From Octopus vulgaris (Eukaryota), in assembly GCA_951406725.2 (NCBI GenBank), contig OX597819.1, positions 113,460,001 to 113,524,000 of the forward strand: a DNA stretch of 64,000 bases, in the 5' to 3' direction. The notes under the pieces were generated by a model. That model saw only the letters and a program-made list of their open reading frames with translations, was not told the DNA's origin and did no database searches. Positions 13,260 through 26,894 of this stretch are shown here, in pieces; the stretch's first letter is position 1, and each line of letters opens with the position of its first letter. The position numbers were made by a program, and so were the translations under genes.

Positions 13260-13795
13260 AACAACACACTGCCTCTATGCCTACCACTATCACCATCACC
13301 ACACCAATAGAACTAACAATACCACCACCACCACCACTGCCGACAACACCACCATCAACACTATCAACCAATACCACCTAAGCTACCACCACCAACACCA
13401 CCTACCATCATCATTGCCACCATCCACCAATATCACCAACACCACCATCAACACTACCAACACCAACACCACCAACACCACCATCACCACCTACTACTAT
13501 CATCATCACCAACACCACCATCCCCACCATCAATACCACCAACACCACCATCAATACCACCACTACCTTCATTACCACTACCACCACCACCACCTGATCA
13601 CCAACACTACCATCACCACCACCTGACAACATCATCATCACCACTACCACCACCAGCTACTACTGTCATCATCACCAACACTACCATCACCACCACCTGA
13701 CAACATCATCATCACCACTTACCAATACCACCACCACCACCACCTACTACTATCATCATCACCACATACCACATCAATACCATCAATACCAATAA
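13260..13795. repeat. Degenerate (ACC/ATC)n low-complexity tract
   Basis: Directly visible. Confidence 0.85.
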
Positions 13796-14941
13796 TAGGG
13801 AGTATCTATGAAGTAGCACAACATGTTAGAAATAGCAGCCAAATCTCTTTGAACTCACACCCTAATATCTTAAATAAAGAAAAGACTGATTAAATAATTT
13901 AGTCCAGTATACTTCTTCAAAGACATGATGGTCATATTTGGAATGTTTTTAACCTTAGGTGTGCTCAATCAGAAAAGGTCTGGGGGTTTAAGCAACAACA
14001 ATAAAAAAAAATGACCAACAATGAAAGAGCCCTAACATAGTCACTCAGCCTGCTAAAAATAGCAGTTTTTCTCATACCCAACATTACTGTCTTAAAATGG
14101 AAGAAGACATTGTATAATGCAGTCCTAGATACACTATGCCGGATAAAATAAAAATAAAGATGGGGTGATCATGGCAATAGCAACTTTGATTATAGGTCTG
14201 CTGGTTCAGAACTGACCTGTGGTTAAACAACATCAACATCACTACCACCAACAACTCCAACACCCTCTTCAATATCAAATGCAACATCACCACTATAACA
14301 TTAACTACAACACCACCAAATCAAGAGCACCGTTACCATTAACATTAAGGAGAAACTACCACAAGTACAACAACACAAACAACAAAAGCAAGCCAGCATC
14401 AACCCATACTTGCAAGAGTAACTACTGACATAGTGTGATTACTTACACTAATGCTCCACCACCACCACCACCACTAGTACTATTTCCTATACTGCAGCCT
14501 TACATGAAAGTGTTACTTAGTTGCAGACTGATGCAGCTTAAGTGGTGTTACATAGAATTGGTGCAGCAGTTGGTACTTGCTAGATGTAATGTACAGAGAC
14601 AGTTCTTGAGTGGTTGGTTAATTAAAGACCAACACAGAATTGCACACAGCTTATACAACTGTGTATGTGTATGTGTGTGTGTGTGTGCGTGTGTGTATAT
14701 GTTTGTGTGTGTGTATGTTCAGGTAGTTGTATAAGCGGTGTGCAATTGTATGAGTGTATCTACATGTGCACATAAATATACGTGCACACATATATAAGTG
14801 TGTGCATGTGTGTGGTGTGTGAGTGAGTGTATGTGTGTGTGTGAATGTATAATGCAGAATAGTATATTCATATATACTAGCTATATTACACTATGGAGAT
14901 GTTTAAGAAAATTTGTACACGCATATACATATGTAAGTGTG

Positions 14942-14991
<50 letters not shown>

Positions 14992-16924
14992 CATACATAT
15001 ATATACATATATATATATACATATATTATACACACACACACACACACATACAAACTTGTACAAAAACATCTCAATATATATATAGGTGTGTATAAAATGC
15101 TCTTATTTAGACATATAGACATACAAATACATCCAGTTCATACATAGAAATATGTATAAAGACACACACACACACTCATAGATGATAAAATTTTCAGAAA
15201 AATATCAAAACACACTACACACAGACCTAGATATTATAGGTATGTATATTCACATATAAACAAACATACACAGTTGAACATGAACATGCATACATTTATG
15301 TAGATTTACACACACACATAACAACACAAAGATTGAAGGCAAGTACTAGGGAGATGGACTGGAGTAAAATAAATACAGAATGTTTTTGTGTGTCTCTATA
15401 TGTATGTTTGTGTACATGTAAAAAGCACCATCCGGACGTGGCCGATGCGAGCCCCGCCTTGACTGGCTTCCATGCCGGTGGCACGTAAAAAGCACCAACC
15501 GATCGTGGCCGTTGCCAGCCTCACCTAGCACCTGTGCCGGTGGCACGTAAAAAGCACCAACTACACTCACAGAAGGGTTGGCGTTAGGAAGGGCATCCAG
15601 CTGTAGAAACACTGCCAGATCAGACTAGAGCCTGGTGCAGCCTTCTGGCTTCCCAGACCCCGGTTGAACCGTCCAACCCATGCTAGCATGGAAAACGGAC
15701 GTTAAATGATGATGATGCCGGTATATGAATAGATACATACTGTGTAGTGGAAATAGTAAATATGGTTAAATATATTTGCACATGCATATATTCATGTACA
15801 TACAAATATTATACACGATGATGATGATGGTGTGTGTGTGTGTGTGTGTGTAAATGAAGAAGGTTTAAGTACTGTGTACACATATTGCTGAGAAACTGAA
15901 AACTTAGAACTCTTCTTAGAACAATATTTGCTCAATATATTCACTCAACATATCCTGGTGGCTGACAGTTTCATCTAGTGATTCTTCTGATTGAATCTCT
16001 CTCCTTTCTCACCCTTTTCTCTCCTTTTTACCCCACCTCTCTCTCTGTCTTGTGGCTGTGTGATTGAGAAGCTTGCTTCCTAATCATGTGGTCTTGAGTT
16101 CAGTCCTACTGCACAGCAACTTGTACTATAGTCTTCTACTATAAGCCCCAAGTCAACCAAAGCCTTGAGAGTAGATTTAGGAGATAGAAATAGGAAAAAG
16201 CCCATCATGTGCATGGATATGTGTAAGTACAAGCTTGTCTGTGTGCCTACACATGTGTGCATGTATGTGTGCGCGCGTGTGCGTGTGTATGTGTGTGTGT
16301 GTGTCTGTGTCTGTGTGTGTGTGTCTGTGTGTGTGTGTGTGTCTGTGTGTGTGTGTGTGTGTGCCCTTGTCTTGGCATTAGGTGATGGTTGTAAACAAGC
16401 ATTGTTCTTTTCCAGTCTTTTGTGAAAAACGTGTGTGGTCATGGGGAAATATAACCTTCTTGGAAAACATGTGAGGGTTGATGACTGGAAGGGCATCCAG
16501 CCATAGAAAATATACCACATCATATTCGGCCTAACCCATGCAAGCATGGAAAAGTCACCATTAGATGATGATCGCTCACACACACACATACACGCTCATA
16601 GAAAACAGACTTAACCAATTACATGGAGTAAGCTGCACTGAAAATATTTCACAGCTGCATCCAACTGAATATCTCACCTTCCTAAACTGAAATTCACCTA
16701 ATGGAGGTGGACTTCATCTCTCTTTTACTTGTTTCAGTCATTTGACTGCGGCCATGCTGGAACACCACCTTTAGTCGAGCAAATCAACCCCAGGACTTAT
16801 TCTTTGTAAGCCTAGTACTTATTCTATCAGTCTCTTTTGCCGAACTAAGTTACGGGGACATAAACACACCACCATCGGTTGTCAAGCAATGTTGGGGGGA
16901 CAAACACACACACACACACACACA

Positions 16925-17840
16925 AGCACGACCTTCGAACTTTAGGCCTCACTGAGGAAATGACCAGCGACCGAGACCTTTGGAAATATTCTGTACGTGA
17001 GAAGACCAAGCAGGACAAGTGAGCCCAGCCCACTTATGAATGCCTTTCCTCCCTTGGACACAAAGACCTGTTGAGGCAAGCGAAGTCGATATAGAGCCTC
17101 ATCCGACGACAGACACCCATGCCAACCCCCCCCCCTGCTTGCGAAGACATGTTGGGGCAAGCGAAATCGAAATCGAAACCGAGTTGAACCAGCCAGGATC
17201 CCTGGCCTGGTGGTACATAAAAAGCACTATCCGACTTGTGGCCGTGGCACGTAAAATACTCCAATGCGACCGTACGACAGGCACCCATGCCAACCCCCTT
17301 TGCTTGTGAAGACATGTTGGGGCAAGCGAAATCGAAATCGAATTGAACCAGCCAGGATCCCTGGTCTGGTGGTACGTAAAAGGCACTATCCGACTCGTGG
17401 CCGTGGCACGTAAAATACTCCAATGCGACCGTACGACAGGCACCCATGCCAACCCCCTTTGCTTGTGAAGACATGTTGGGGCAAGCGAAATCGAATTGAA
17501 CCAGCCAGGATCCCTGGTCTGGTGGTACGTAAAAAGCACTATCCGACTCGTGGCCGATGCCAGCACCGCCTCGACTGGCTTCCGTGCCGGTGACACATAA
17601 AATACACCAATCCGACCGTGGCCATTGCCAGCCTCGCCTGGCACCTGTGCAGGTGGCACGTAAAAAGCACCCACTACACTCACGGAGTGGTTGGCGTTAG
17701 GAAGGGCATCCAGCTGTAGAAACATTGCCAGATTAGACTGGAGCCTGGTGCAGCCTTCTGGCTTCCCAGAACCCCGGTCGAACCGTCCAACCCATGCTAG
17801 CATGGAGAACGGACGTTAAACGATGATGATGATGATGATG
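16925..17840 (+). mobile_element. RTE LINE 3' fragment (ORF2 end plus 3' UTR with tandem duplications) inserted in a SINE
   Basis: Encodes KHDLRTLGLTEEMTSDRDLWKYSVREKTKQDK*. Ends in ggacgttaaac(gat)n. Host SINE halves lie at about 16719-16920 and 17841-17980. Confidence 0.85.
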
Positions 17841-18613
17841 ACAACAGGCTTCTTTCAGTTTCTGTCTACCAAATCAACTCACAAGGCTTTGGTCAGCCCA
17901 AGGCTATATAGTAGAAGACACTTGCCCAAGGTGCCACGCAGTGGGAATGAACCCGGAACCATGTGGTTGGTGAGCAAGCTAGAACATATGTTAGTAAATT
18001 CCCCAAGGAACCTTATCGGTGATGTTAAGTTCCAGAGCTCAGTAATAACATTAATTGGAGCCCCTTTTGATCTAGTTAATGTTAGTACTCTTGGATTAGA
18101 CACCAGTTTATTAATGGTAAAATCATTTAAATATTCTCTCATCTATTCTCTGCAATTTGGTAAATCAAAGCATGTGGAATTATGCATATAGCATACATGG
18201 CAAGGATGATGATAGTGGAGGTGATAGTACAGTGATGATGATGATGTTTAACCCCAATTCAAATATGATCAAGAAGGCCTATAGTGACCATCATGTCCTT
18301 TTCAAGAAGGCCTATAGTGACCAGCCTGTCCTTTTCAGAGTGAATGGGACTATATGATCTAGAATCATCAGTTTTTCTCACTATTTTGGTATTGATGATG
18401 ATGGTGATGGTGCTGCTGTTGTTTGGCCTAAAATCTACCTCTTCGCAGTATTAGTATACACGGATCATTTGAAAAGAAGTGGAACAAAATTAAAAGAATT
18501 GAAAACTGCGAGCCAAACAAAAAAGATCCGTATATATTGCCACTGAATTGAATTACATTTTAATCAGACGAGAAACAACATAAAAAAAAGAGAAAAGAAA
18601 AGAAAAAATTTAC

Positions 18614-18711
18614 CGGGAGAATGAAATTCTTGAGGGGAGGTAACTCAGCAGTATATTCGTCAATCCACGTTTCAAGATCTTTCACATGTTGGTCGTTGAA
18701 ACCGGTTCTTT
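18614..18711 (-). CDS. MMAB: Internal coding exon of MMAB
   Basis: caaacttag|AA AGA ACC GGT...ATT CTC CCG|gtaaat = RTGFNDQHVKDLETWIDEYTAELPPLKNFILP (human [32 protein letters not shown]). 98 nt; splices in frame to 302-366 to give FILP-SGGK. Confidence 0.93.
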
Positions 18712-18965
18712 CTAAGTTTGACAAATAAAACAGACGAATAAATAAATTCAGCAACGATAAGAATAGAAATAATAACAGTAATGAGCCAACAAAGGAGAGA
18801 CGCTACTCTGTCGCTCAACTTGCTAGAAATAACAGCCAAGTACTCCTCAAATCATACACAACCTTTTGTGACTATCATGTCATGTTTTTTTTAAAAACAT
18901 TACACCTAAGATTTCCTTATCCAATGTCTTCTTTTTTACGACTGTAAGTTGTGATTTAAAATAAA

Positions 18966-19247
18966 CTAGCAGTATAGCCCAGCGTTACTCAGGCTGGTTT
19001 TCTTTTCGACCCTTTAGAATTGGAATTTTTGAAAAGTAAAAGTTTTGCATTATGTAGCTTGAAATACACTGAAAAATGACAACACAGCAGTCAAAAAATC
19101 GTTAAAAAAAGGGATTTTCATAGAAAAAAAAGCACCTTTTTGATGTAAATAATTTTTGGCGTTAACATGGTCCGATTTGAATTTTTTTTCTACGGAAGCC
19201 TTTTTCTATCATACTCTCACAGACAACTTCAGCTTTATATATATAGA
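18966..19247 (-). mobile_element. Short Helitron derivative of the same family
   Basis: Same ctagcagtat..gccc.gcgtt end and aattttt gaaaagtaaaa body as 20555; other end tatataga|t. Confidence 0.72.
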
Positions 19248-20554
19248 TTTGTTTCTTATCTCTAACGAAATGAGCGATTACTTAAAGGCACCATCATTGA
19301 ATGACAAAAAAAAAAAAAAAATGAAGTTTTGTATTTTAGCCCACACACACATACAATGCTGCATGGTTAAGAAGTTTGTTTCCCAACAACATGGTTTCTG
19401 ATTCAGTCCTACAGCGTGGACCCTTGAAGAAGCATCTACTTCACATCTACAAGTGTGGACCCTTGGACAAGCCCCAAGCCAACCAAAACCTTGTGAGTGG
19501 ATCTAGGAGACAGAAACTGAAAGAAGCCTGTCGTGCACGTATGTGTGTGTGTGTGTTTAAACATTAAATGGATATTTTTTAATTGATGACAAGCTGTCAA
19601 AAGCACAGTTATGCACATTTGGGTATCCACCATGGTGCTACCCTAATTTATGACTGCTTTATACACAGATGTTCTTTGTCATTGACTGAAGGAAGCCAAG
19701 TACATCTCCGGGGAATGGCCAACAAACTAGGAAATAATCTATCATGGGACTCCTTTCATTTTTTTCTTTTTTCTACACATCAATAATATAGAAAGAATGT
19801 TTACATTCTTATTTAATCCAGTGATGCTTTATAACATTAAAATTTATTTCTGATCTTCTGATTTACACAATTGTGCAAACACACCCACATGTATGTATAT
19901 ATATCAAGTAAACGTTTCAGTCACTTTCCTCAACCATTGTGTTTTTTTGTACATAAATAAAGTGATGTTCTATCACTGTATCTAGCAAATACTAGCAAAC
20001 TGCTATGGTTAGCTGAAGAGATCTAATAAGACTGAAACATTCCCAAAGTTACTAGTGTTTACCAAGGAGCAGATTAAATTTGATATTATTACTCAAGTTA
20101 TTTATTACCATCATCATTTTATGTCTGCTTTCTGCTGGTATGGGTTAGAAGGATCGTCACAGTCCAAGTCCTTTCTGGAAGCCACTGCTTTCTTGTCTGT
20201 TGCTTAAATGTGCCATTTTGGTTTGGTTTTTATGGCTGGATGCCCTTCCTCTTGCCAATCATTTTACAGAATGTACCAGATATATTTTCTCATGACAACA
20301 GCCCAAGAGAGTGATATTTAAGTTGTCAGTTAGACATTAATAATAGGACCCCACAACTCTAAAATTTCAGACACTGAGTCCTTCATAAACAACATCTATA
20401 TAAACTATGGGAGGGTCATGGATAGAACACATTTCATCGTAAAATAAGTTATTATAGCCAGGGAAGTGGGAGCAAGGATCTGGAGCTCACCATTTAACAA
20501 TTAGCAACATCGTCTGTAGTACCACTTTAATATAAATATATCTTTTATCTTTTA

Positions 20555-22224
20555 CTAGCAGTATCGCCCGGCGTTGCTCGGGTTTGTTTCGACCCGCTGG
20601 AATTGTAATTTTGAAAAGTAAAAATTTTGTGAACATTTTTCTGGTTGAAATACACCGAAAAGTGGCGACACAGCAGTGAAAAAATCGTAAAAAATAGGGA
20701 TTTTCATAGAAAAAAGCATCTTTTTGATGTAAATAATTTTTGGTGTTAACATGGTCTGATTTGAATTTTATGTTCTACGGAAGGAAGAGCAACCCTTCTT
20801 CTACCATACTCTCAATTTTGGTCAACTTGCGCCGCAGGGTCTCGGAGGAGATAGTGTTAGTTGAAGGTTACCATTCTAGGTGCCTGAGTAACAACCTCGC
20901 GGATTTACAGATAAATGAATTAATTACTATTTTACAGAATAAAATTAAATAATTCTTGAAAATTAATTAATATTAATATTTTTTGAACAAAGTAAATAAT
21001 TTTTAAAACTTAAATAATAATTTTTTTTACACAAACGCGAACGGGGCAAAGGGGGTGGCGAATTCGATTTACATACCTAAATTTTTTCTTTTTCATGACA
21101 TTGTAGCAAAATAGTAGTGAATTATATAAATACCAGCAGTACATTTTTTTTCTGGGGTATTTTTTTTCAACCTCGTCACATATTTGCCCCTTTCAATTTA
21201 AACAAAGTCTTAATTAAGCAATTACGGCAGCTTAGCAATGGTTTCAATACAGGCGTGACATCTGTATCTCAATTGTTCAAAACCCTTCGAATTTTTTTGC
21301 ACGTGATGATATCATAGTGAAAACTTTCAATTACGCGCGCTTAGAAGTACGCTCGCAAATTAATACTACCAAAATTTTGAAGTTCGCACTCCGCTTGTGT
21401 GTGTGTGTGTGCGTGCTTTAGGTGTACGTAGGTATGTGTTTTTGTGTGTGTGTGTCACTGAAGCCATACATACATATATACATACATAACCTCTCTCTCT
21501 CTTTTCTCTCTCAGTCACTCACTACAAAAAGTGAATAAAAAAAGTTCAGTTATTTCTGTCTTTCATTCTGTCTGTCTCTTTACACACACTAACAAAAGCA
21601 CTTCACTTACACACCACACTTTCTGTGTCGCACAACCCATCAAACACACACACACACACTCACGCACGCACACATGTACATCAATGCTTTCGGAGTGAAA
21701 TGTTAAAATATTGAGTTTTCTCGAATTTTGTCTTAATTGGGGGTGAAATTGAAAGAAATATATTATGGCATGACCGAATGGAGTACTTTGAAAAATCTTA
21801 GGTAAACTCTAATTGAAGAAATTGTGTGAGGAGTAAATCGTTATGTATTTATTTGTTTCTGTTTGCTGTGTTTTTTTATTTTTTGAGTAGTGGTTTAAAT
21901 ACTTTCAGTTTAGTCTTCCTCAAATCACTCTGTCGCTATTTACTCTCTTCCAATTACTTTCATTCTATTCGTTGCACACTGTGTGTGTGCGTTTGCGTGT
22001 GGTGTAAACCACATTAAGAAAAGCATTTGACATACACACCAGAATGTGAGTTTTCTGTAAATTTTGCTTAATTGGGGTTGAAATTTTAAAAACTGGACCT
22101 GGCAAAACCCGATGCATTCTACTCTTTAAAATGCTAGGTAAATTGTAATTGAAGAAATCCTATATTGTAGATTTCTATAACTGACAAAGGGAGGCAGATA
22201 AAATCTGCCTTTTATAATAAGAGA
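20555..22224 (-). mobile_element. Non-autonomous Helitron
   Basis: Minus strand: A|TCTCTTATTATAAAAGGCAG ... cccgagcaacgccggg hairpin-cgatactg-CTAG|T. These are the Helitron 5' TC, subterminal GC hairpin, 3' CTAG and A/T target, with no TSD. Confidence 0.8.
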
Positions 22225-22297
22225 TTTGTTTCAGTTATGATACTGTGGCCATGCTGGGACACCACCTTGAACAATTTTAGTTGAACAAATCAATGCC

Positions 22298-22641
22298 AGT
22301 AAAGATTGTTTGCCAACATAATATGACAGTCCTGGTTTAGAATGAATGTTGCTGTATTTTAGCCCCAGGAGACATCATCTCCAGCTGGCTATGCAAATGA
22401 TCTGTGTCCTTATATTTTAAAAAAAGGGAATCTAGCGACACCTTGTTTGAAAATATAAAGACACAGAACGTGTTGTATAGCCAACTGGAGACAATGTCTC
22501 CTGGGGCTAAATTACAGCAACATTCGTCCTAAACCAGGACTGCCATGTTATGTTGGCAAACAATCTTTACTACAAAATACTGTTGCTGAATATCTCGCGT
22601 TGTGAGATTTAAAAATAGTAATTTCCAAATGAATACCAGTA
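22298..22641. repeat. Fold-back insertion (~130 bp arms plus ~70 bp extension) inside a SINE
   Basis: Arms start agtaaagattgtttgccaacata (22298) and end tatgttggcaaacaatctttact (22571). Target-like duplication aatgccagta (22292-22301) / aataccagta (22632-22641). Confidence 0.8.
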
Positions 22642-22938
22642 TTTTTTTTAAGCCCTGTACTTATTCAAATGATCGCTTTTACCAAACCCCTAAATTACCG
22701 GGACACAATCAAACCAACGTTGGTTGTCAAACGATATTGAGGGACAAACACAGACACAACACACACAAACAGATATATATTATATGTCAGGCTTCTTTCA
22801 GCAACCTTCTACCAAATACACTCACAAGGGTTTGGTGGGCCTGAGAGTATAATGAAAGACACTAACAAAGGTTCCACACAGAGGGACTGTACTTAGAACC
22901 ATGTGGTTGGGAAGCAAGCTTCTTATCACACAGCCATG

Positions 22939-22981
<43 letters not shown>

Positions 22982-23236
22982 ATACACATATATATAGAGA
23001 GAGGCGGGGGGCAACTAGGTGGTTTTGGAGAAAGGGGGAGGACCAGTGGTTTGCTGTTACTGGGATGCTAGTTGGAACTTGATCAACCCCAGCTGGGTCA
23101 ACTGGGTGAAGGAGTCTGATGGTGAAAGACCTGAATCCCACCTAAAACTCCAGAAGCATCACAGCCGATGCATCTGACAGCATCCATGAGATGTATCTTG
23201 AAACTATATATATATACACACACACACACACATACA

Positions 23237-23274
<38 letters not shown>

Positions 23275-23277
<3 letters not shown>

Positions 23278-26200
23278 TCATCATCATCATCGTTTAACGT
23301 CCGTTTTCCGCGCTAGCACGGGTTGGACGGTTCGACCGGGGTCTGGGGAGCCAGAGGCTGCCCCAGGCTCCAGTCTGATCTGGCAGTGTTTCTACAGCTG
23401 GATGCCCTTCCTAACGCCAACCACTCCGTGAGTGTAGTGGGTGCTTTTTACGTGCTACCTGCACAGGTGCCAGAGGGGTCTGGCATCGGCCACGTTCGGA
23501 TGGTGCTTTTTATGTGTCACCGAAACAGAAGCCATTCGGGGCAGGGTTGGCATCGGTCACGTTCGGATGGTGCTTTTTATGTGCCACCGGCACAGAAGCC
23601 AGTGGAGGCTGCACTGGCAACAGCCACGTTCGGATGGTGCTTTTTATGTGTCACCGGCACAGGTATCACAACTACTGTTTCCATTGATATTTGGTTTGAT
23701 GTTCATGTACATGCACTTGACTCAACAGGTCTCCTCAAGCACAGCAAGATGTTCCGAGATCCCATGATCGGTTGGTGCTTTTTATGTGCCACCGGCACAG
23801 AAGCCAGTCGAGGGGGTGCTGGCGTCAGCCACGCTCGGATGGTGCTTTTTATGTGCCACCGGCACAGAAGCCAGTCGGGGCGGTGCTGGCATCGGCCACG
23901 TTCGGATGGTGCTTTTTATGTGCCACCGGCACAGAAGCCATTCAAGGCGGGGTTGGCATCGGTCCACGTTCGGATGGTGCTTTTTGTATGCCACCGGCAC
24001 AGAAGCCAGTCGAGGCTGCACTGGCAACGGCCACATTCGGATGGTGCTTTTTATGTGTCACCGGCACAGGTATCACAGCTACTGTTTCCATTGATATTTG
24101 GTTCGATATTCATGTATATGCACTTGACTCAACGGGTCTCCTCAAGCACAGCGAGAAGTTCCGGGATCCAAGGTAATTTGGATGGGCAGGGGGTATGCGG
24201 AACTGGTGCCGGAAGCATCCAGGGTCTTAGTAGTCACAGCACATCTCCAGAGATTTGGGTCCTTCGCCATTGCCTCAGTGAGGCCCAACGCTCTGAGGTC
24301 ATGCTTGACTACCTCATCCCATGTCTTCCTGGGTCTACCTCTCCCCCTGATTCCTTCAACTGTTCGGGAGTGGCACTTCTTCACACATCTCTCCTCATCC
24401 ATCCACAGTACATGACCATACCATCGCAAGCGTTGCTCTTGCACACCGCATCTGATGCTTCTTATGCCTAGCATTTCTCTCAGGGTGCTTACACTCTGTC
24501 GTGCATTCACACTGACATTACACATCCAGCGGATCATGCTAGCTTCATTTCTTTCAATCTTATGCATGTCCTCTGCAGTTACAGCTCATGTTTCACTGCC
24601 GTGAAGCATGGCAGTTAACACACATGCATCATACAATCTACCTTTCACTCTGAGTGAGAGGCCCTTTGTCGCCAGTAGGGGTAGGAGCTTTCTAAACTTT
24701 GCCCAGGCTATTCGTATTCTAGTGGTGACATTCTCTGAGCATCCACCCCCACTACTAACTTGGTCACCCAGGTAGCGGAAACTATCAACTACTTCTAGTT
24801 TCTCCCCCTGGAGTGTGATGGAATCTGTTTTTTGAGTGTCTGTGGTGTCTATTGTCCCTGTGCATCTGCCGCACATGAAAGCTATCTTATCAGTTAATTT
24901 CCCTTTGATGTTGCTGCACCTCTTATGCGTCCATAGCTTACACTGGGTGCATCTTATGGAGTTTCTACCTACACCTTTCCTACAGCTCGAGCAGGGCCAC
25001 CTGCCCGATGGGGTGTGTGCTGAGTTCGCCTTTCTGCATACTATAACTTTGGTCTTCGCTACATTTACTCTAAGGCCCTTAGATTCTAACCCTTGTTTCC
25101 ACACCTGAAATTTCTTTTTTAGTTCTGGTAGTGATTCTGCTATGAGGGCCAGGTCATCAGCATAGAGGAGCTCCCAGGGGCAACCTGTTTTGAATTCCTC
25201 TGCTATTGCCTGGAGGACTATGATGAATAAAAGGGGACTGAGGGCTGAGCCCTGGTGTACACCTACTTCTACCCGGAATTCTTCACTATATTCGTTGCCA
25301 ATCCTAACCTTGCTGACAGCCTCTCTGTATAGAGCCTGTACAGCCCTTATTAACCATTCGTCAATCAACAGTTTCCGCATCGACCACCAGATAAGGGATC
25401 GGGGAACCCTGTCAAAGGCTTTCTCCAAGTCCACAAAAGCTATGTAGAGGGGTTTATCTTTAGCTAGGTACTTCTCCTGCAGTTGTCGGACCAGGAATAT
25501 AGCATCAGTGGTGCTTCTACCTGGCACAAAACCGAACTGCATCTCATCTAAGCAAATTCTCTCCCTAATGAGATGGGTTATGACCTTCTCTGAGACCTTC
25601 ATCACCTGTCCAACAGTTTGATACCTCTGTAGTTATTTCTATCTAGAGCATCACCCTTACCCTTGTAGCAGTTGACTATGGTGCTGCTACGCCAGTCATT
25701 GGGTATGACTCCATTATGAACTACCTGGTTAACAATACGGGTGACTAGGCCATAGCCCGCATAACCAGCTGTTTTAAGCATCTCAGCAGTGATTCCTGAT
25801 GGGCCGGGGGCTTTACCCAGTTTCATATCCTTAATTGCTTTATCTACTAGGGAGCCGTCTATTCAGATAGCTGGTCCCTCTACTGGGTCAACATTTGGCA
25901 GGCTCTCCTCCTCTCATTCATTCTCCACATTCAGCAGTCTTTCATAATGGCTTCTCCAAGCCTCTTTCTTTTCACCAACATTAAAGGCAAGTGCCCCATC
26001 ATCCATGCGGACACATTTCTCTCCTATAACATCACTATTTTCTCTCACACACTGTCTAGCAATACGAAATACCTCAGTTCTTTGGTCCTCACGTCGCTGG
26101 ACATTGGCAAACTTCTTTTCTGCTATATCTTTGGCTATGTATACCTGCCGCCCGGCCTCCCTTTTGGCTACTTGGTACGGTTCCCTGCTACCCCCATCCC

Positions 26201-26666
26201 TCCAGGCTCTCCAGGCCTGTTTCTTAGAACTAATGGCTTTGTCTACTGCACTATTCCACCACCACGTAACTCTAGGTCTGGAAGGAACTTTGCACCATCC
26301 ACAGACTTGGTCTGTGGCACTCAGCAAGCTGTCCCGTAGGAATTTCCAGCTACCTTCTATGTCTGACGTCTGTAGCTCCTCCTCCCTCTCATCAAATTTC
26401 TTGATGAGGATATCCCTAAATCTCTGACCATGTGAAGGGTTCTTTAGCTTCCAAATCCTTCTTTTCTGGATTGGTCTGTTTCTTGGAGTCCTTCTGGCCT
26501 CAAGCCTAAAGTCACTAATTATTAGCCTATGCTGAGGGATACACTCTTCACCTGGGAGGGTCTTTGTATTTAAGAGCGACCCTGCATCCCGCTGTCTGGT
26601 GAGGATGAAGTCTATTTGGCTAGCGGAGTCCCCTGACTGATAAGTTATAAGGTGGCAGTCAGGCTT
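23275..26666 (-). mobile_element. 5'-truncated RTE-type non-LTR retrotransposon (LINE): partial AP endonuclease, RT, PHD-like finger, repeat-containing 3' UTR and (GAT)n tail
   Basis: ORF pieces 25914-26327, 25602-25826, 24586-25605 and 24142-24567 carry KAPGPSG, NYRGIKLL, FVDLEKAFDRV, GVHQGSALSPLLF, YADDL, FRYLG, LRWYGHV and GRGRPRKTW. QIDFIL..QHRL near 26520-26620 is the end of the endonuclease. Several frameshifts and stops. Confidence 0.93.
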
Positions 26667-26894
26667 ATATATGTATGTGTGTGTGTTTGTGTGTCTGTGT
26701 TTGTCCCCCTAGCATTGCTTGACAACCGATGCTGGTGTGTTTACGTCCCCGTCACTTAGCGGTTCGTCAAAAAGAGACCGATAGAATAAGTACTGGGCTT
26801 ACAAAGAATAAGTCCTGGGGTCGATTTGCTCGACTAAAGGCGGTGCTCCAGCATGGCCGCAGTGAAATGACTGAAACAAGTAAAAGTAAAAGTA

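Noticed and set aside
20008-20056. ctgaaga...gaaac motif suggestive of a hammerhead
   Set aside because: Stem II and stem III pairing is poor; could be chance.
23440-24070. CRISPR-like array (conserved ~35 bp part plus ~30 bp variable part, ~67 bp period)
   Set aside because: The variable parts are related to each other, the array is in a eukaryotic LINE 3' UTR, and there are no cas genes.
23323-24471. 382-aa + strand ORF containing FLQLDALPNANHS repeats
   Set aside because: Antisense reading of the RTE 3' UTR; the same peptide recurs wherever the repeat occurs.
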